Shown: positions 26,476 to 40,168 of the stretch, piece by piece
How positions within the stretch are numbered: position 1 is the stretch's first letter
Layout: each line of letters begins with the position of its first letter
NCBI GenBank assembly: GCA_951406725.2
Contig: OX597829.1
Location: forward strand, 41,788,001-41,852,000
Source of the DNA: Octopus vulgaris
Taxonomy: Eukaryota
Direction: 5' to 3'
DNA: 64,000 bases
Notes under the pieces: generated by a model
Databases searched by the model: none
What the model saw: the letters and a program-made list of their open reading frames with translations, nothing else
What the model was told of the DNA's origin: nothing
Translations under genes and position numbers: made by a program

Positions 26476-26733
26476 TTGTGTTTGTGTGTCTGCGTTTGTC
26501 CCCCTAGCATTGCTTGACAACCGATGCTGGTGTGTTTATGTCCCCGTCACTTAGCGGTTTGGCAAAAGAGACCGATAGAATAAGTACTGGGCTTACAATG
26601 AATAAGTCCCGGGGTCGAGTTGCTCGACTAAAGGCTGTGCTCCAGCATGGCCGCAGTCAAATGACTGAAACAAGTAAAAGAGTAAAAGAGAGAGAGACTT
26701 TGCATTTGACAGAGTAATCTGAATGCTAAAGGG
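26098..26733 (+). mobile_element. Second TTAA MITE family (ccctttag...gctaaaggg) with a tRNA-SINE inserted at ~26281-26695
   Basis: TTAA flanks; related copies at ~160-373, ~2497-2707, 13386-13712, 9563-9856 (reverse) and ~55940-56120. Confidence 0.7.
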
Positions 26734-27241
26734 TTAAAGCTACAGTCTATCTAGGACTGCATCATCTAACTTTCTCTTCGTTTTAAAGAGATTTGCCTGT
26801 TATGACTAGCATTACGAGTAACCAAATAGAAGATCACATACTGGCTTATACCGGAACCATTTATTACTGAATTTCTTGTATTACCTTTCATAACAAGAAA
26901 AAAAGACCCACATAAAATCACAAGGAAGTTATTTTAGTTTTCCCACACCAACTTTAAGAGTATCAACACATTAGCATAACAACAAACTTTTGTGATGTAT
27001 TTTTAATGACTAGACTGACCTATGTATAAATGTGTTTCAATAAATTCACAATATGCTATAGAATTCTATGTATCATACTTAATTTCTTTTTCCCTAAACT
27101 CAATATCGTGATAACTGGTAGATAGAATACAAGGTGGTAGGGTGAAAATGTGTTCTCTGTACACTTTTATTAAAATAAAATATATTGACGTAATAACTAA
27201 AGCTTTTTCTTTTTTTTTCTTGTACTATCAGAACATGAAAC

Positions 27242-27659
27242 AGATCTTTTCGGTTTGAACGGCAGTTTTTAAAAATAATTTCCACGTAACTAAACACTTT
27301 CAAATTTCGCATACTGGTAGAATGTGGTTATAAAACATCTTTTTTTTCTCTTGGCTTTATTGAGAAAATTCTATAGTTTGTAAGATATTTGTTGTTTTTT
27401 TCTTCAATTTCTGCAATTTCAACCAATCAATGACGTCCATTGAGGTGAAAACATTCTGTGCCATATGAATATGTCCCTCGTTTAAGAAACAGACTGGGTT
27501 TATTTACATTTGTGAAGAAAAAAGATACCCTTCCCCCCACCCCTAACCCTAACCCTAAAACAGATTGAAATGCAATAGATCGATACTAGGGTCATAATTA
27601 TGGGTGACAATTTCATATGACACCGCTAGAAAAAACTGCCATTCAAACCAAAAAGATCC
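27242..27659 (+). mobile_element. MITE family T copy
   Basis: Same TIRs; TSD catgaaac. Confidence 0.85.
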
Positions 27660-28100
27660 CATGAAACTTATAGTATTTCATTTTTGGATTTGGTTTGCAA
27701 GATTCTTTATATGAGTTTGTGTATTGAAGCATATTCTGTTGTGTCTGGGGAGAGTCATTTTCTCTTTGTGCCTTATAATTTAACACACTCACCGATAAAA
27801 TTTCCACTCATTTCTTATTTTTATTTTCCTAAAATTTTCGTTGCGTCTTGCAAGACTATTGAAAAGGTTGCAAGATGCAATGAAAATTTTAGGAAAATAA
27901 AAATAAGAAATAAGTGGCAATTTTTTCCAGTGAGTGTGTTAAATTATAAGGCACAAAAAGAAAATGACTCTCCCCAGAATAAACTTGCAGTAGCTTGCAT
28001 TGAAATCCTGTGTTTATTAGATGATATTTATATCTTGCTGGATAGTGTACTTTTCATTGGTTCTACTGGTAATGGAACAATATACTATATATACACACAC

Positions 28101-28146
<46 letters not shown>

Positions 28147-28296
28147 CAAATATATACGTTTTTATTATGTTGCAATTTACTTAATCATCAGCATATCATT
28201 ATTTTTATTTTGATATTTCTATTATATGTAATTTTCTAGATGGTGTAATTTAATCGTTCATTTTGAATTGATAAAAGGTGGTTTTTTTTTTTTATA

Positions 28297-28328
<32 letters not shown>

Positions 28329-28331
<3 letters not shown>

Positions 28332-28615
28332 GTCATCCCATAAGTTCTGTCTGATTTTACCTTTTTAAAATTGAATGAAATTTAATAGTATTTTAGAATG
28401 TCTAATGGAATTAAAAATTATTTTTATGCACTTGTGTACATTTAAACTAATTAAATATTATTTTACAGAATAATAGAATTCAAATGTCTTTTGATTGAAA
28501 CCCTTTCTAACATGGAAGTATCCATAGAGCATTTGAGGCACATAATGCTTTAATGAATAGAAAAAAAAGGAAACTCTGCAGCCGAAGTGATTCGAAACAT
28601 TCTCAGTTTATGCGA
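28329..28615 (+). mobile_element. mariner 5' fragment with N-terminal HTH relic
   Basis: Follows (TA)n; MEVSIEHLRHIML...KGNSAAEVIRNI with a frameshift. Confidence 0.6.
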
Positions 28616-29078
28616 TTGAATAACAAACTTCTTGACTACACAACTATATCTGTGCCTAATTATACTGCCTCTTCCTCCTCTTCATCATCATCATCATCAT
28701 TTAAGGTCCATTTTCCATGCTGGCATTGGCTGGACAGTTCAACAGGAACTGGCAAGTCAGAAGACAGCACCAAGCTCTACTGTCTGCTTTGGAATGGTTT
28801 CTATAACAGGACACCCTTCCTAATGTCAATCACTTTACAGAGTGCACTTGGTGTTTTTTTTTTACATGGCACCAGCACCAGTGAGGTCTCCAAGTTCCTT
28901 GCAAGACAATGCCACTTCAACTGAGCAGAATACGGACAAGAGGAATAAGAAACTACGACAGAGGCAGAGGAAAGGTGTCATGCTGAAGAGGCAAATATAT
29001 AGCTTGAGAGAGAGGTGGGGAGAGATGTGAGGTCCAAGTACAAGTCCATATGTGGAAGGAAAATAAAATAAAACTTAC

Positions 29079-29258
29079 ATCAGTGTTCACTAGAAACTCA
29101 GCAACCTCGTTAATTTTCATGGACCTAATACACTTCTCCCAAACATCAAACTTGAATTTCTTTCCCAAAAGTAACTCCATGGGTTTCCCCATTTTACGAC
29201 TGTCATCCAGAATGGTGCTATCTTCATCGCACATTTTGGTAACATAGTGGAATGTCAA
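29079..29258 (-). CDS. AIP: AIP coding exon 2, FKBP-like domain (LTFHYVTKMCDEDSTILDDSRKMGKPMELLLGKKFKFDVWEKCIRSMKINEVAEFLVNTD)
   Basis: Matches human AIP [41 protein letters not shown]. Acceptor ttattttcag|TTG, donor GAT|gtaagt; 180 nt, phase 0/0, the same length as human exon 2 as I recall it. Confidence 0.95.
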
Positions 29259-29876
29259 CTGAAAATAACAAAAAAAAAAAAAAAAAAATAACAATAAAGA
29301 AATACACAATGATAAACTGGCACTGTTATCTTTCGTCTTTTACCTGTTTCGGTCATGGGATTGTGGCCATACTGGGGCACTTTCTTGGAGGGTTTAGTTG
29401 AATAGATCAAGCTTAGTATTATTTACTCTATCAGTCTCTTTTTGCCAAAGCATGAAATTAGGGGGGGGGGGATGTAAACAAACCAGCACATACAGCTATA
29501 TATATATAAAATTTGAAGCTACCAGTGGAGAAATGGAAGAAATCAAATGACAAGAGAAAAAAGCTCAATAAAATCAACTTTGTCCTCCACCAACTTTACC
29601 ATGCAATCAATGCCATCAATTCTGCTATGTAAGAATTGGTCTACAGAGTTATCAACAGCATCACCATAAAGGAAGCATTCAACAAAGAAGAACCTGAAAT
29701 CTTGGCTACAAGATAAAGCCACAGTTGATAAAATTATATATATGTAAGTATGTATGTATGTATATATATATATATGACGAATGAAAGACGGAAGATGGAA
29801 TATACAAGAAAGTGACTGCGCTTTACTAGTAAGCTAACAGGTGTAAACCATTCGTTTTATTATCCATTATATATAT

Positions 29877-31380
29877 ATCTAGCCAAAGATAAGCCCCTGT
29901 ACCTGGCTTTCGTTGACATGGAGAAAGCCTTTGACAGGGTCCCCCGATCCCTTATCTGGTGGTCAATGAGGAAACTAGGAATAGATGAATGGTTAGTGAG
30001 AGCTGTGCAAGCCATGTACAGGGACGCTGTCAGTAAGGTGAGGGTTGGCAACGACTACACAGAAGAATTCACGGTAGAGGTAGGGGTCCACCAAGGGTCA
30101 GTCCTCAGTCCCCTCCTATTTATCATAGTCCTCCAGGCAATAACGGAGGAATTCAAGACAGGATGCCCCTGGGAGCTCCTCTATGCTGATGACCTTGCTC
30201 TAATTGCTGAGTCACTGTCAGAACTGGAGGAGAAGTTTCAAGTGTGGAAACAAGGATTAGAATCGAAGGGCCTTAGAATCAACCTAGCTAAAACCAAAGT
30301 CCTAATAAGTAGGAAGGCAGGCAAACCACAAATCCCTTCAGGTAGATGGCCCTGCTCAATCTGTAGTAGAGGCATAGGTAGAAACTCTATAAGAGGTACC
30401 CAGTGTAAGCTATGAACACATAAGAGGTGCAGTAATATCAAAGGAAGGCTAACTGGGAAGATAGTTTTTCTATGTGGCAGATGCTCAGGAGCAATAAACA
30501 CTGAAAATGCACAGAGAACAACTTCTGCCACATTCCACGGAGAAAAACTAGAAGAAGTTGATAGCTTCTGTTACCTAGGTGACCAAGTCAGTAGCGGGGG
30601 AGGGTGCGCCGAAAGTGTAGCTGCTAGTATAAGAATAGCTTGGGCAAAGTTCAGAGAGCTCTTACCTCTTTGGTGACAAAGGGCCTCTCGCACAGAGTAA
30701 AAGGTAGATTGTATGACACATGTGTATGAACAGTCATGCTACATGGCAGTGAAACAAGGGCTGTGACTGCTGAGGACATGCGTAAGCTCGCAAGGAATGA
30801 AACCAGTATGCTCCGATGGATGTGTAATGTCAGTGTTCATATTCGACAGTGTTAGTGCCTTGAGAGAAAGGTTGGACCTAAGAAGCATCAGATGTGGTGT
30901 GCAAGAGAGACGACTGCACTGGTATGGTCATGTGGTGAGAATGGATGAGGATAGCTGTGTGAAAAAGTGCTACACGCTAGCATTGAGGGAACCTGTGGAA
31001 GAGGTAGACCCAGGAAGACCTGGGATGAAGTGGTGAAGCACGACCTTTGAACTTTAGGCCTCACCAAGGAAATGACTAGTGACTGAGACTTTTGGAAATA
31101 TGCTGTACTTGAGAAGACCTGGCAAACCAAATAAGACCATAACCTCATGGCCTATGCCAGGAACGTAACCAGCCTACTTATGCATACCTTACTGGCACCT
31201 GTGCCGGTGGCATGTGTAAAAAGATTCAAGCGAGGTCATTGCCAGTACTGCCTGACTGGCCCCGTGTCGGCAGCACGTAAAAAGCACCCACTACACTCTC
31301 GGAGTGGTTGGTGTTAGAAAGGGCATCCAGCTGTAGAAACTCTGCCAGATCAAGATTGCAGCCATCTGGTTCGCCAGTCA
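29877..31380 (+). mobile_element. 5'-truncated RTE-clade LINE (RT domain plus 3' region)
   Basis: AFVDMEKAFDRVP, GVHQGSVLSPLLF, LLYADDL, INLAKTK motifs; stops and frameshifts downstream; continues into the family's 3' repeat region. Confidence 0.9.
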
Positions 31381-31589
31381 GAAAACAGGATTTAGAAGCT
31401 ACCATTTGCTGCATGATAGCTATCATAAAATGAAAGCGAAAACATTTCAACAATGAAGTTTTAAAGAAAATGAAAGCAATTACATGTCACACGAAGAGAA
31501 AGGTTGAGGAGTAGCACACATGAGTGATATACATAGTTGCTGAGAGGGAGTGTGGTAAATATGTATAGAGAGGGGAAAGCTTAAAAGTC

Positions 31590-31620
<31 letters not shown>

Positions 31621-32121
31621 AATAAAAAGATAAAGTCACAGAAAGAAGTAGACATGACAATATGAAAGTTGAGCTTTTTCTCATATCAAATTATATTTTT
31701 TTGATTACTATTTACCAAAATCCTAGTATTTGGGATGCAGATTTCAAAAATCAAATCTGTTTTTCTCAAGGATACACTGTTTCAGAGCCTTTTGGTGATA
31801 TACACTCATACACTCTCATTTATGTGTGTGTGTGTGTGTAAGTGTATGTATGTCTGTGTGTCTAAGTGTATGTATGTCTGTGTGTGTAAAAATATATTCT
31901 TTATTGTTTCACTTGTTTCAGTCATTTGACTGCGCTCATGCTGGAGTACAGCCTTAAAGAGTGTTTTTTTTTAGTTGAAGACACTCTTTGTAAGCCTAGG
32001 ACTTATTATATCAGTCTCATTTGCCAAACTGCTCAGTTATGGGGACGTAAACATACCAACATCAATTGTCAATTAACTGTGGGGAGACAAACACAGACAA
32101 TACACATAGACACACACACAC

Positions 32122-32182
<61 letters not shown>

Positions 32183-35100
32183 CATATATACATACAAACA
32201 CACATACCCATATATATACAATGGCCTTCTTTTAGTTTCTGTCTACTAAATCCACTCACAGGGCTTTAGTCAACCTCAGGTTATAGTATAAGACACCTGC
32301 TGAGGTGACATGCAATGAAACTGAACCCAGAACCATATGGTTGGGAAGCAAGCCATTTACCACACAGCCACGCCTGCACCTATTATATGTATGCATGTAT
32401 TCAATACTATTTATTTGGGATATTCATTCATTTCTAACATGATACAGTAACAACATTTAAAGCTGTACTTGCTTCTTCAAACACAGTGAGTGACCATACA
32501 GAGCTTCTTTTTTCCCCGTTTGGCTCCAGACAATGATGATAACAGAGTAATGGGTAGTAATAACGAAGCTACTAGGACTTTGAATTTTCTATGAAATTTC
32601 CATTTTATATGAACAATCTATTACTTACAAGGACCGAGTTAAACCGTTTGATTAATTTCTTGGAGCGTATGGAACAGATCAAATAAAACTCTCTAAATAA
32701 GAACAGATAAGGAACTATACTTTATACATCTGCTGTGGCTGGATGTTTGGAATGGAAGAGGCAAATAAAAATATATAGTGATTTCATTTCTTTTGCCTGA
32801 ATCATTTTGTAAATGCCTGAACATCTCAATTTCCTATTTCCACCAATCCCATTTAAACAATGGCTTCATTGCTTCAACAAGCAATATATAACAGAATAGA
32901 TGCTGGTTTGACTTGTAGGTGCAGGTATGGATGTGGGAGTAAGGAGCTTGCTTCCCCAACTATGTGGTTTTGGGTTCAGTCCCACTGCAGGGCACCTTGA
33001 GCAAGTGTTTTCTACTATAGCTCCAAGCTGACCAAAGCCTTGCTAGCAGAATTGGTAGAAGAAGTCCATCATCATTATCATCTCTTGTTACCTTTTCCAT
33101 TTTGGCATGGTTTGGATGATTTGACAAGAGAAGATGCGCCAGGACTGTACCAAATTATATGTCTGCTTTGGCATGGTTTCTACAGCTGGATGCTCTTCCT
33201 AACACCAACCATGTAACAGAGTTCTTTTTATGTGACACCAACACTAGTGAGGTCACCAAGAACCTGCAATATAAGAACTTCAACTGAATGGGGTATAGAA
33301 TGGAAAATCAACCCCTTTAGTCACTTTGTCCAATGTACTGGACAATTTTTCAGACAAAAATTACAAAAGAAATATAAATTATAATGAAAAAAAAAACTAC
33401 CCAGTACACTCTGTAAAGTGGTTGGCATTAGGAAGGACAATCAGCCATAGAAACTGTGTCAAAGTAGACACTAGAGCACAGTGCGATCCTTTGGAACCTT
33501 CATGTTAAATGATGATGATGATGATATATATGTTAATCTGGGAGCCAGTTTTTAATCATATTTGGTACTCTTCATCTTTCTTTCTTATACACACACAGAG
33601 ATAGATATAAATATAACAGGTTACCACAAACTTTTGTCATCCAAATTCCACACAAATTATGGGTCAACATGAGGCTAAGGCTGAAGACATTTGTTGAAAG
33701 TGCCATGCAGCAGGATTGAACCCATGACTAAGTGATTGTAAAGCAACCAACCTATCAATTATTTCTCTTACCCAAGTACTATGCAAAAGGACTGAACCTG
33801 ATAACAAGGTTGAGAACCAAGTTTTTAAACACAGAATCATACCCTTCTCTCCTGGATATAATTTGGGGGGTGCTTTATATTGGATTAGTTTCCATTCAAA
33901 GAGCATTCCATTAGAATTCCAACTGTATAAGAATGCCTATTTTAACAATTCTTGCCATGACTTACTTAACCATACTCTAAATTTTTCAGGCTACATAATT
34001 TCCACCACCAATATCCATATTTCTTAATGCCAAAACATGCTTTTTTCAATAACATTTGTACCATTTCAAAGAACATTTTAGTGCTGTGTGGTAAATATAT
34101 TCTGAAACCATATTTTCTACAACCTTTAGATAAAAATCAAGTAAAGCTGGATGTTTGTACACACTTATGTACTTATGGTGTATACATATGTGCTGGTGTA
34201 TGTGTTTTGCTTACCATGCTGTGGTTAATCAAACACATTCAAGTCATGACTATCCTGTCTATTTTTAGGGATACCTAGGACAATATTATTTAATGAACCA
34301 TCCTGCATTCTAAGTCACTAGTGTGTGATTCAAGGAAGATTCAACTGTTATTTTTAGCAGCCTGAGCAATTCTGAGTAGGTACTTTTTTGAAGGCTCATT
34401 TATTTTTTTTTTGTTTACCTATAAAATTTATCAAGTAAAAAGAAGAAAAAAAATTGTAGGCTTGGCTGGTAAGAAGTTTGCTTCCAAACCATATGGTTCT
34501 GGGTTCAGTCCCACTGCATAGCACATTGGGCAAGTGTCTTCTACTATAGCCTTAGGGTGACCAAATCTTTGAGTGAATTTGGTTGACAGAAACTGAAAGA
34601 AAACCAGTTGTATTGTATCCCACCCACAAGGGACTGATGCAGGATGTGTTGAAATGATCGTTTTGAGCAATAAAGTTTCTTGTATATTCCATCTTTATTA
34701 TTTGTTATATATATTTGTATGTTTTGTTTGTTTTTGTTCCTACTCGAGCCATGCCTGGCTCATAAGGGCCGGTTTCTCAGTTTCCTTGGCATATAGGTTC
34801 CCCAACTGGACGGAACGCTGGTCCGTCGCAGGTGAGCTGCTTGATGCAGAAGGAAAGAGTGAGGGAAAGTTGTGGCAAAAGAATCAGCAGAAGTTCGCCA
34901 TTACCTTCTGCCGGAGCCGCGTGGAGCTTAGGTGTTTCGCTCATAAACACACACATCGCCCGGTCTGAGATTTGAACCCACGATCCCTCGGCCGCAAGAC
35001 CGCTGCTCTAACCACTAGGCCATGTGCCTCCACATATATCTGTATGTGTATATGTGTCTGTATTTGCTTCCACTACCACTTGACAATCGGTGTTGTTGTG

Positions 35101-37812
35101 TTTACATCCCTGTAACTTAGCAGTTTTGGCAAAAGAGACTGATAGAATAACTACCATGCTTAAAAATAAGTACTGAGGCCAATTCTTTTGCCTAAAAAAT
35201 CCATGGCTACAGTTTAATGACTGAAACAGAAAAATATAAGAAAAGATAAAAAATAACAGAGTTGATGTTTGAGTAAGTGTTCGGTTTACGACTTTCGCTT
35301 TGGCTTGGTATAAAGGCAAAGTGTTTTAAAAAAAGATGGAATGTCTTGATAAACAAGCATAAGGCAATTGTTAATTCTTAATATCAAATTTTACAGTTGT
35401 TCAAGTTTTATTTTTTTTATCTAGGATTTGTTTTTCATGTTTTCTCATTTATTTTTTAAAAAATTCTAGGCACAAGTATGGCTGTGTGGATAAGAAACTT
35501 GCTTCCTGACCATGTGGTCTTAGGTTCAGTCCCACTGCATGGCACCTTGGGCAAGTATCTTCCAGGCTGGCCAAAGCCTGGTGAGCAGTTTTGGTAAACA
35601 GAAACTGAATGAGGCCTGTCATGTGTATGCATGTGTTATATGTATATATATTTGTGAGTGTATGTATCGGTATGTGTGTGTGTATGTATTATATGTATAC
35701 ATATTTGTGTGAGTGTGTGTGTTTGTGTGCGTTCTTGTCTTGATGTCATATGGTAGTTGTAAATGAGCATCATCATCATCATACATGCTAAGTTCTTAAT
35801 TTCCATTCTTTTATGAAAAACATGTCTGGCTACTGGAAAATATTATCTTGGTTGGAAACAGGTGAGAGCTGGGGGCAAAGAAGGACATATGTCATGGTGA
35901 CACGAAGGACATCTGCCGAGGAAAGAGAAAACCTGCCTCAATAAATTCCGTTTGACACATGCAAGCCTTGAAAAGTGGGTATTAAGGGGGGGATGATGAT
36001 GATGATGATGATGACGACGACGTCGACGAACTTTTATTTAATGAAATCGATTTTGAATTTCATTTGTCACACACACACACACACATCCACGCACCTCCAC
36101 ACACAGAAACCAGAGTGCTACAAGTAGCTTGATTGGCATAAGGTGGTATTAATGACTGCCTTAATAAGCATTCTGAGATCAAAGTAGTTAACATTCTTGA
36201 AAGCTGGTGGTTGCAGAGGAAATAAATAATAGTAAAACACATGGACAGGGTAGGAATTCCAGAGGGTTGACACCCTAGCGTATGGACGGTACATAAGCGG
36301 TTAGCATGAGCCTGGTTATGGAGATATGCAGGTGATGACAGAAGGGGAGATAAGTGAGTAGGGTGTGTCTGAATGAATGCAGCGCAAGACCACGCAAATT
36401 TGAGGTGCACGGGCTACAAAAATAGTGATAGAAAAGCAAAGAGAAGGCAGACATCACATTGCCGTGCCAGAGGTTGGAGTGCTTTTGAAATGTGTATAAG
36501 AAAGAAACTTAAGACAACCAGCCAGGTGGTTTTTTTCTCAGAGGGTGCACCAGCATCATTGCAGATGTGAAAGAGGCACTCCGTCGTACTTCCACCTGAA
36601 CTTTGTAGAGAGCTGTTGTTGGGGTCTGAAGTACTTTCTGGTCCCGAACAGGAAGGCCTGTCTCTGTGATACATTCTTTTTTAAGTATGTGCGACAACAG
36701 GTGAAACCGTCCGTAACGCTCAGGCCTAACATCCGTAACAACCTTAAGCTTTCCAGTTGCCTGTTCATGTTCAAGTAAGGTGTTTATTGACGTGTTTTTG
36801 ACATGTGTCGATTGTGTCTAAATGCTTGGCATGACTCCATTCAAGAATATTTTCAAGGGTTCTCTCGTGGAATTAACGCGGGTTTGGTATATCCTGTTTA
36901 GGTTGCATGTGAATGACACTTGGGTGTGGAAGATTAGGACGGAAAAAGAAAAAAAGGATGTTATCATCAGCGTAGGAGTGGTCGTTGGAGAAGACAGCAT
37001 GTCGGTCTTTGATGAACCGAAGGAAGAATACGAAGAAGAATACCTAACTCTGGGTTACTGAGATCTGTCGGGAAGTCTCCGATCCAAAAGACGAGAGATG
37101 GACTGAACGTACAAGTCGTTTTGGTAGCAAAATGGATGAAATGCGACAACATTGTTTACACCGAATTTCTCAGGCGAGGACCCTCAGGAAAGTGACATGC
37201 AAGACTAGGTTTCTAGTAGATTTGGCTTTATGAAAGCTGAACTTGTAACCAGTAAGGAGGGAGTTTCGAGGCGTAGAACATGGTACAGATGACAATCATC
37301 ATCTGTTTTGAAATGTTGGAAGCCAGAGCAAAGTCAACAGTTGAAAATTATTAAATAAGAAGTGACAACAAAAAGGGCTCTTTTTGTTGTTTTAATCAAA
37401 AATCTTTGGTTAAAAGGTTACGATCAGGTATTAAAATGCATGTAAGTATTCGATAATCTCGTATTCCTACAAAGCATTCCAGCTGCGAATGAAATTCTGA
37501 CAAGGAACAAAAAAAAAAGGCAAATATTCGGTGGCGAAAGTAAATAGATAAGATCCGTATTATATACAACTGTGTAAAAAAAAGAAAATTATGTATAAAG
37601 TAGAAATTAACATTAAAAGATTTAAAAATGCCTTGTCTTTCTCTTCTAAGGTGTTCTGTCTTTTCTATTTTTTTTGCGAAACTGGTTTGCTTTTTTTATT
37701 CCAATCTAAAGCGAAAGTCGTATTGGTTTTTTTTTTTTTTTTTGGTTTTTTCTTACATATGGTAACTGATCGTTTACCGAAACTTGTTTCGATTTTAAAA
37801 TAAAATTAATAC

Positions 37813-37917
37813 CTTCCATCCTTTACCGTCTGCATAGTCAGGAATTTCGCCTTGACCAGCGAAAAGAATCCTCTTTTGAATACCTTCTTCTGCGAGCGTC
37901 CTGAAGATATCAGCCAT
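37813..37917 (-). CDS. AIP: AIP coding exon 1 (MADIFRTLAEEGIQKRILFAGQGEIPDYADGKGWK)
   Basis: Manual translation matches the human AIP N-terminus [33 protein letters not shown]. ATG at 37917-37915; phase-0 donor AAG|gtatta; 105 nt. Too short to appear in the ORF track. Confidence 0.92.
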
Positions 37918-38140
37918 CGTAGATACAACCAAGGGAGATAATTCTCGTTTCATTCATTTGGCATCGAGCGGATTCTTTATTCTTTCTTCTTCTCCTTCCT
38001 CTTCTCTATAATTACATTCGCATCTCAAATGTTTTAATTACTTTTGGCGAACTTTGCGACCATACCCCAACTAGATTCTACTTTACTGTACCTTTAAAAA
38101 AAATTCTGTTCGGATTTTTATGGTTTGCGTATCAGAGATT
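37918..38140 (-). promoter_or_regulatory. Probable AIP 5'UTR / proximal promoter
   Basis: Non-repetitive, relatively CpG-containing sequence immediately upstream of the AIP ATG. Positional inference only. Confidence 0.4.
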
Positions 38141-39700
38141 CAGAATCTGAATCAAGACTATTGAAAAGGTTGCAAGACGCAACGAAAATTTTAGAAAATA
38201 AAAATAAGGAATAAGCGGAAATTTTACCGGTGTGTGTGTTATATTATAAGGCACTAAAAGAGAATGACTCTCCCCAGACACAACAGAATATGCTTCAACA
38301 CACGAACTCATATAAAGAATCTTGCAAACCAAATCCAAAAACGAGAATCTGTAAAATTTTCTTTAAAAAAAAAATGTTCACTATCCAACCATTTAGACTC
38401 GTAGATGGTTTATTATCAGGAAAAAGAACTTGGTCATATAACAAGTGGTTCTTTCTGCATTCACACCATGTCTAAATACTACTACTTCGATATATTTCTT
38501 CCTTAATATTTTGGGGAACGTACTTATAATTAAAAGAAAAAGGAAAAAAAAAGAGTTTTCAGATCTTATCCCGCATCACTTTTTGTTTATCTTCGGTTTT
38601 CGTATGTATATTTTTTGTTTTGGAACAAGTTGAGAGTTTCGATGCGTGATCTCACCCTTCTCTAGCATAACTACAGAAGTGCATTCCCTCGACTGTTTCC
38701 AAATAACTTACAGAAAGAAAGAAAAAAAGGATATTATCTTAATGAAATCTTTTTCAAATAATTTTTCTTAAATTTCGAGTTGCATTTTTCACATTAAATT
38801 CCAAAAACTGGAAACTGAAAGAAGCCCGCCTCGTACATATATGCGCAATTGACACGTGTGTGTTTCTCCCACCACCGCTTGAGAACCGGTGCTAATTTGT
38901 TTACGTCTCCGTAACATGGCGGTTCGACAAAGAGACCGATAGATTAAGTACCAGACCTAAAAAAAAAAGAATAAATACTGTTTATTTCGACTGAACCCAA
39001 CAAAGCAATGCTCCAGCATGACCGTAGTCTAATGACAAACAAGTAAAAGATATAAGATGAAAAATAGCCTCTTTTTTTTTAAAAAAGCTACGGGGAAGCA
39101 AAGTCTGTGGGACACACTTGTGTAGGTATGCCCTCATTCTTTTTCTGATTTGGTGGGAGGGGGGGAAACAAACATATTCTATACACAAACTACAAATTAC
39201 GATCGTTAGCAACCAGCTAGGGTTTTGAAAACATATACATGCCAAATGCAGTCCCTGTCTCTAACATTTTTATCGCACTATTTTCAGATTTTAATGTTTT
39301 AAATATCAGAATTTCAGAATTTACAAAATGCTTACGTGCACATACCCAAAATATGAATCTATTGAATTTTGAATATGTGCTTTATTCGTGTAATAAAACT
39401 GAATTGATCAGAGCTTTCAGTGGGACATGTTTCATTCTTATTAGTCTTCCTCGGCAAAGCTTATTTTGGAACAAGGATCAAATAGCTGTAAACTGCGAAT
39501 TTCTATTTTGCTCTAGTGGAGGTACAACTAACAGCAGAACGTATGAGAAAGGGTAAAAACATCGGCCGTGATCCTGTAGCGATGGAATCGTGTGTCCGTT
39601 TATTTTAATTGCAATATACAGAAGAAGAAAAAAAAAAACAGAAAAAAAACGGACATAGAACTCATGCATGCCATGTGACTGGCAGTTTTTAACTATTTAA

Positions 39701-40168
39701 CCCTTTCCTTACCAAACCGGCTGAATCCGCTTTTGGCTCTGTAGTACAAATGTCTTGTTTCAATAAGTTTTGAATTAAAATCTTCCACCAAACCCTAGTC
39801 ACAATTTATGATCCTAACACTAGCTTAATGATAACTAAGTTATTTTACTAAATTCTTTGTTATATTTTAAATTAATTGAAAGAAACACAGAGCATCTCAA
39901 AATAAATACAGTAACGAAAGGGTTAAAATATATAATAGAGAAACAATTCTTAACCCTTTTGATACTAACCTGGCTGAAACTGGCTCTGAGTACAAATGTC
40001 TTGTTTCCATAAGTTTTTAATTAAAATCTTCCACCAAACCTTAGTCACAGTTTATGATCCTAACACAAGCTTAATGATAACTAAATTATTTTACTAAATT
40101 CTTTGTTATATCTAAAATTAATTGAGAAAAACACAGAGCATCTCAAAATAAATACAGTAACAAAAGGG
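39701..40168 (+). mobile_element. Two adjacent piggyBac-type MITE copies
   Basis: Each is bounded by TTAA and CCC/GGG termini; near-identical to 3468-3687. Confidence 0.8.

Noticed and set aside
39500-39560. Possible small plus-strand exon of a divergent gene (ctctag|TGG...AGG|gtaaaa)
   Set aside because: Splice-like signals only; no recognisable protein and no partner exons.
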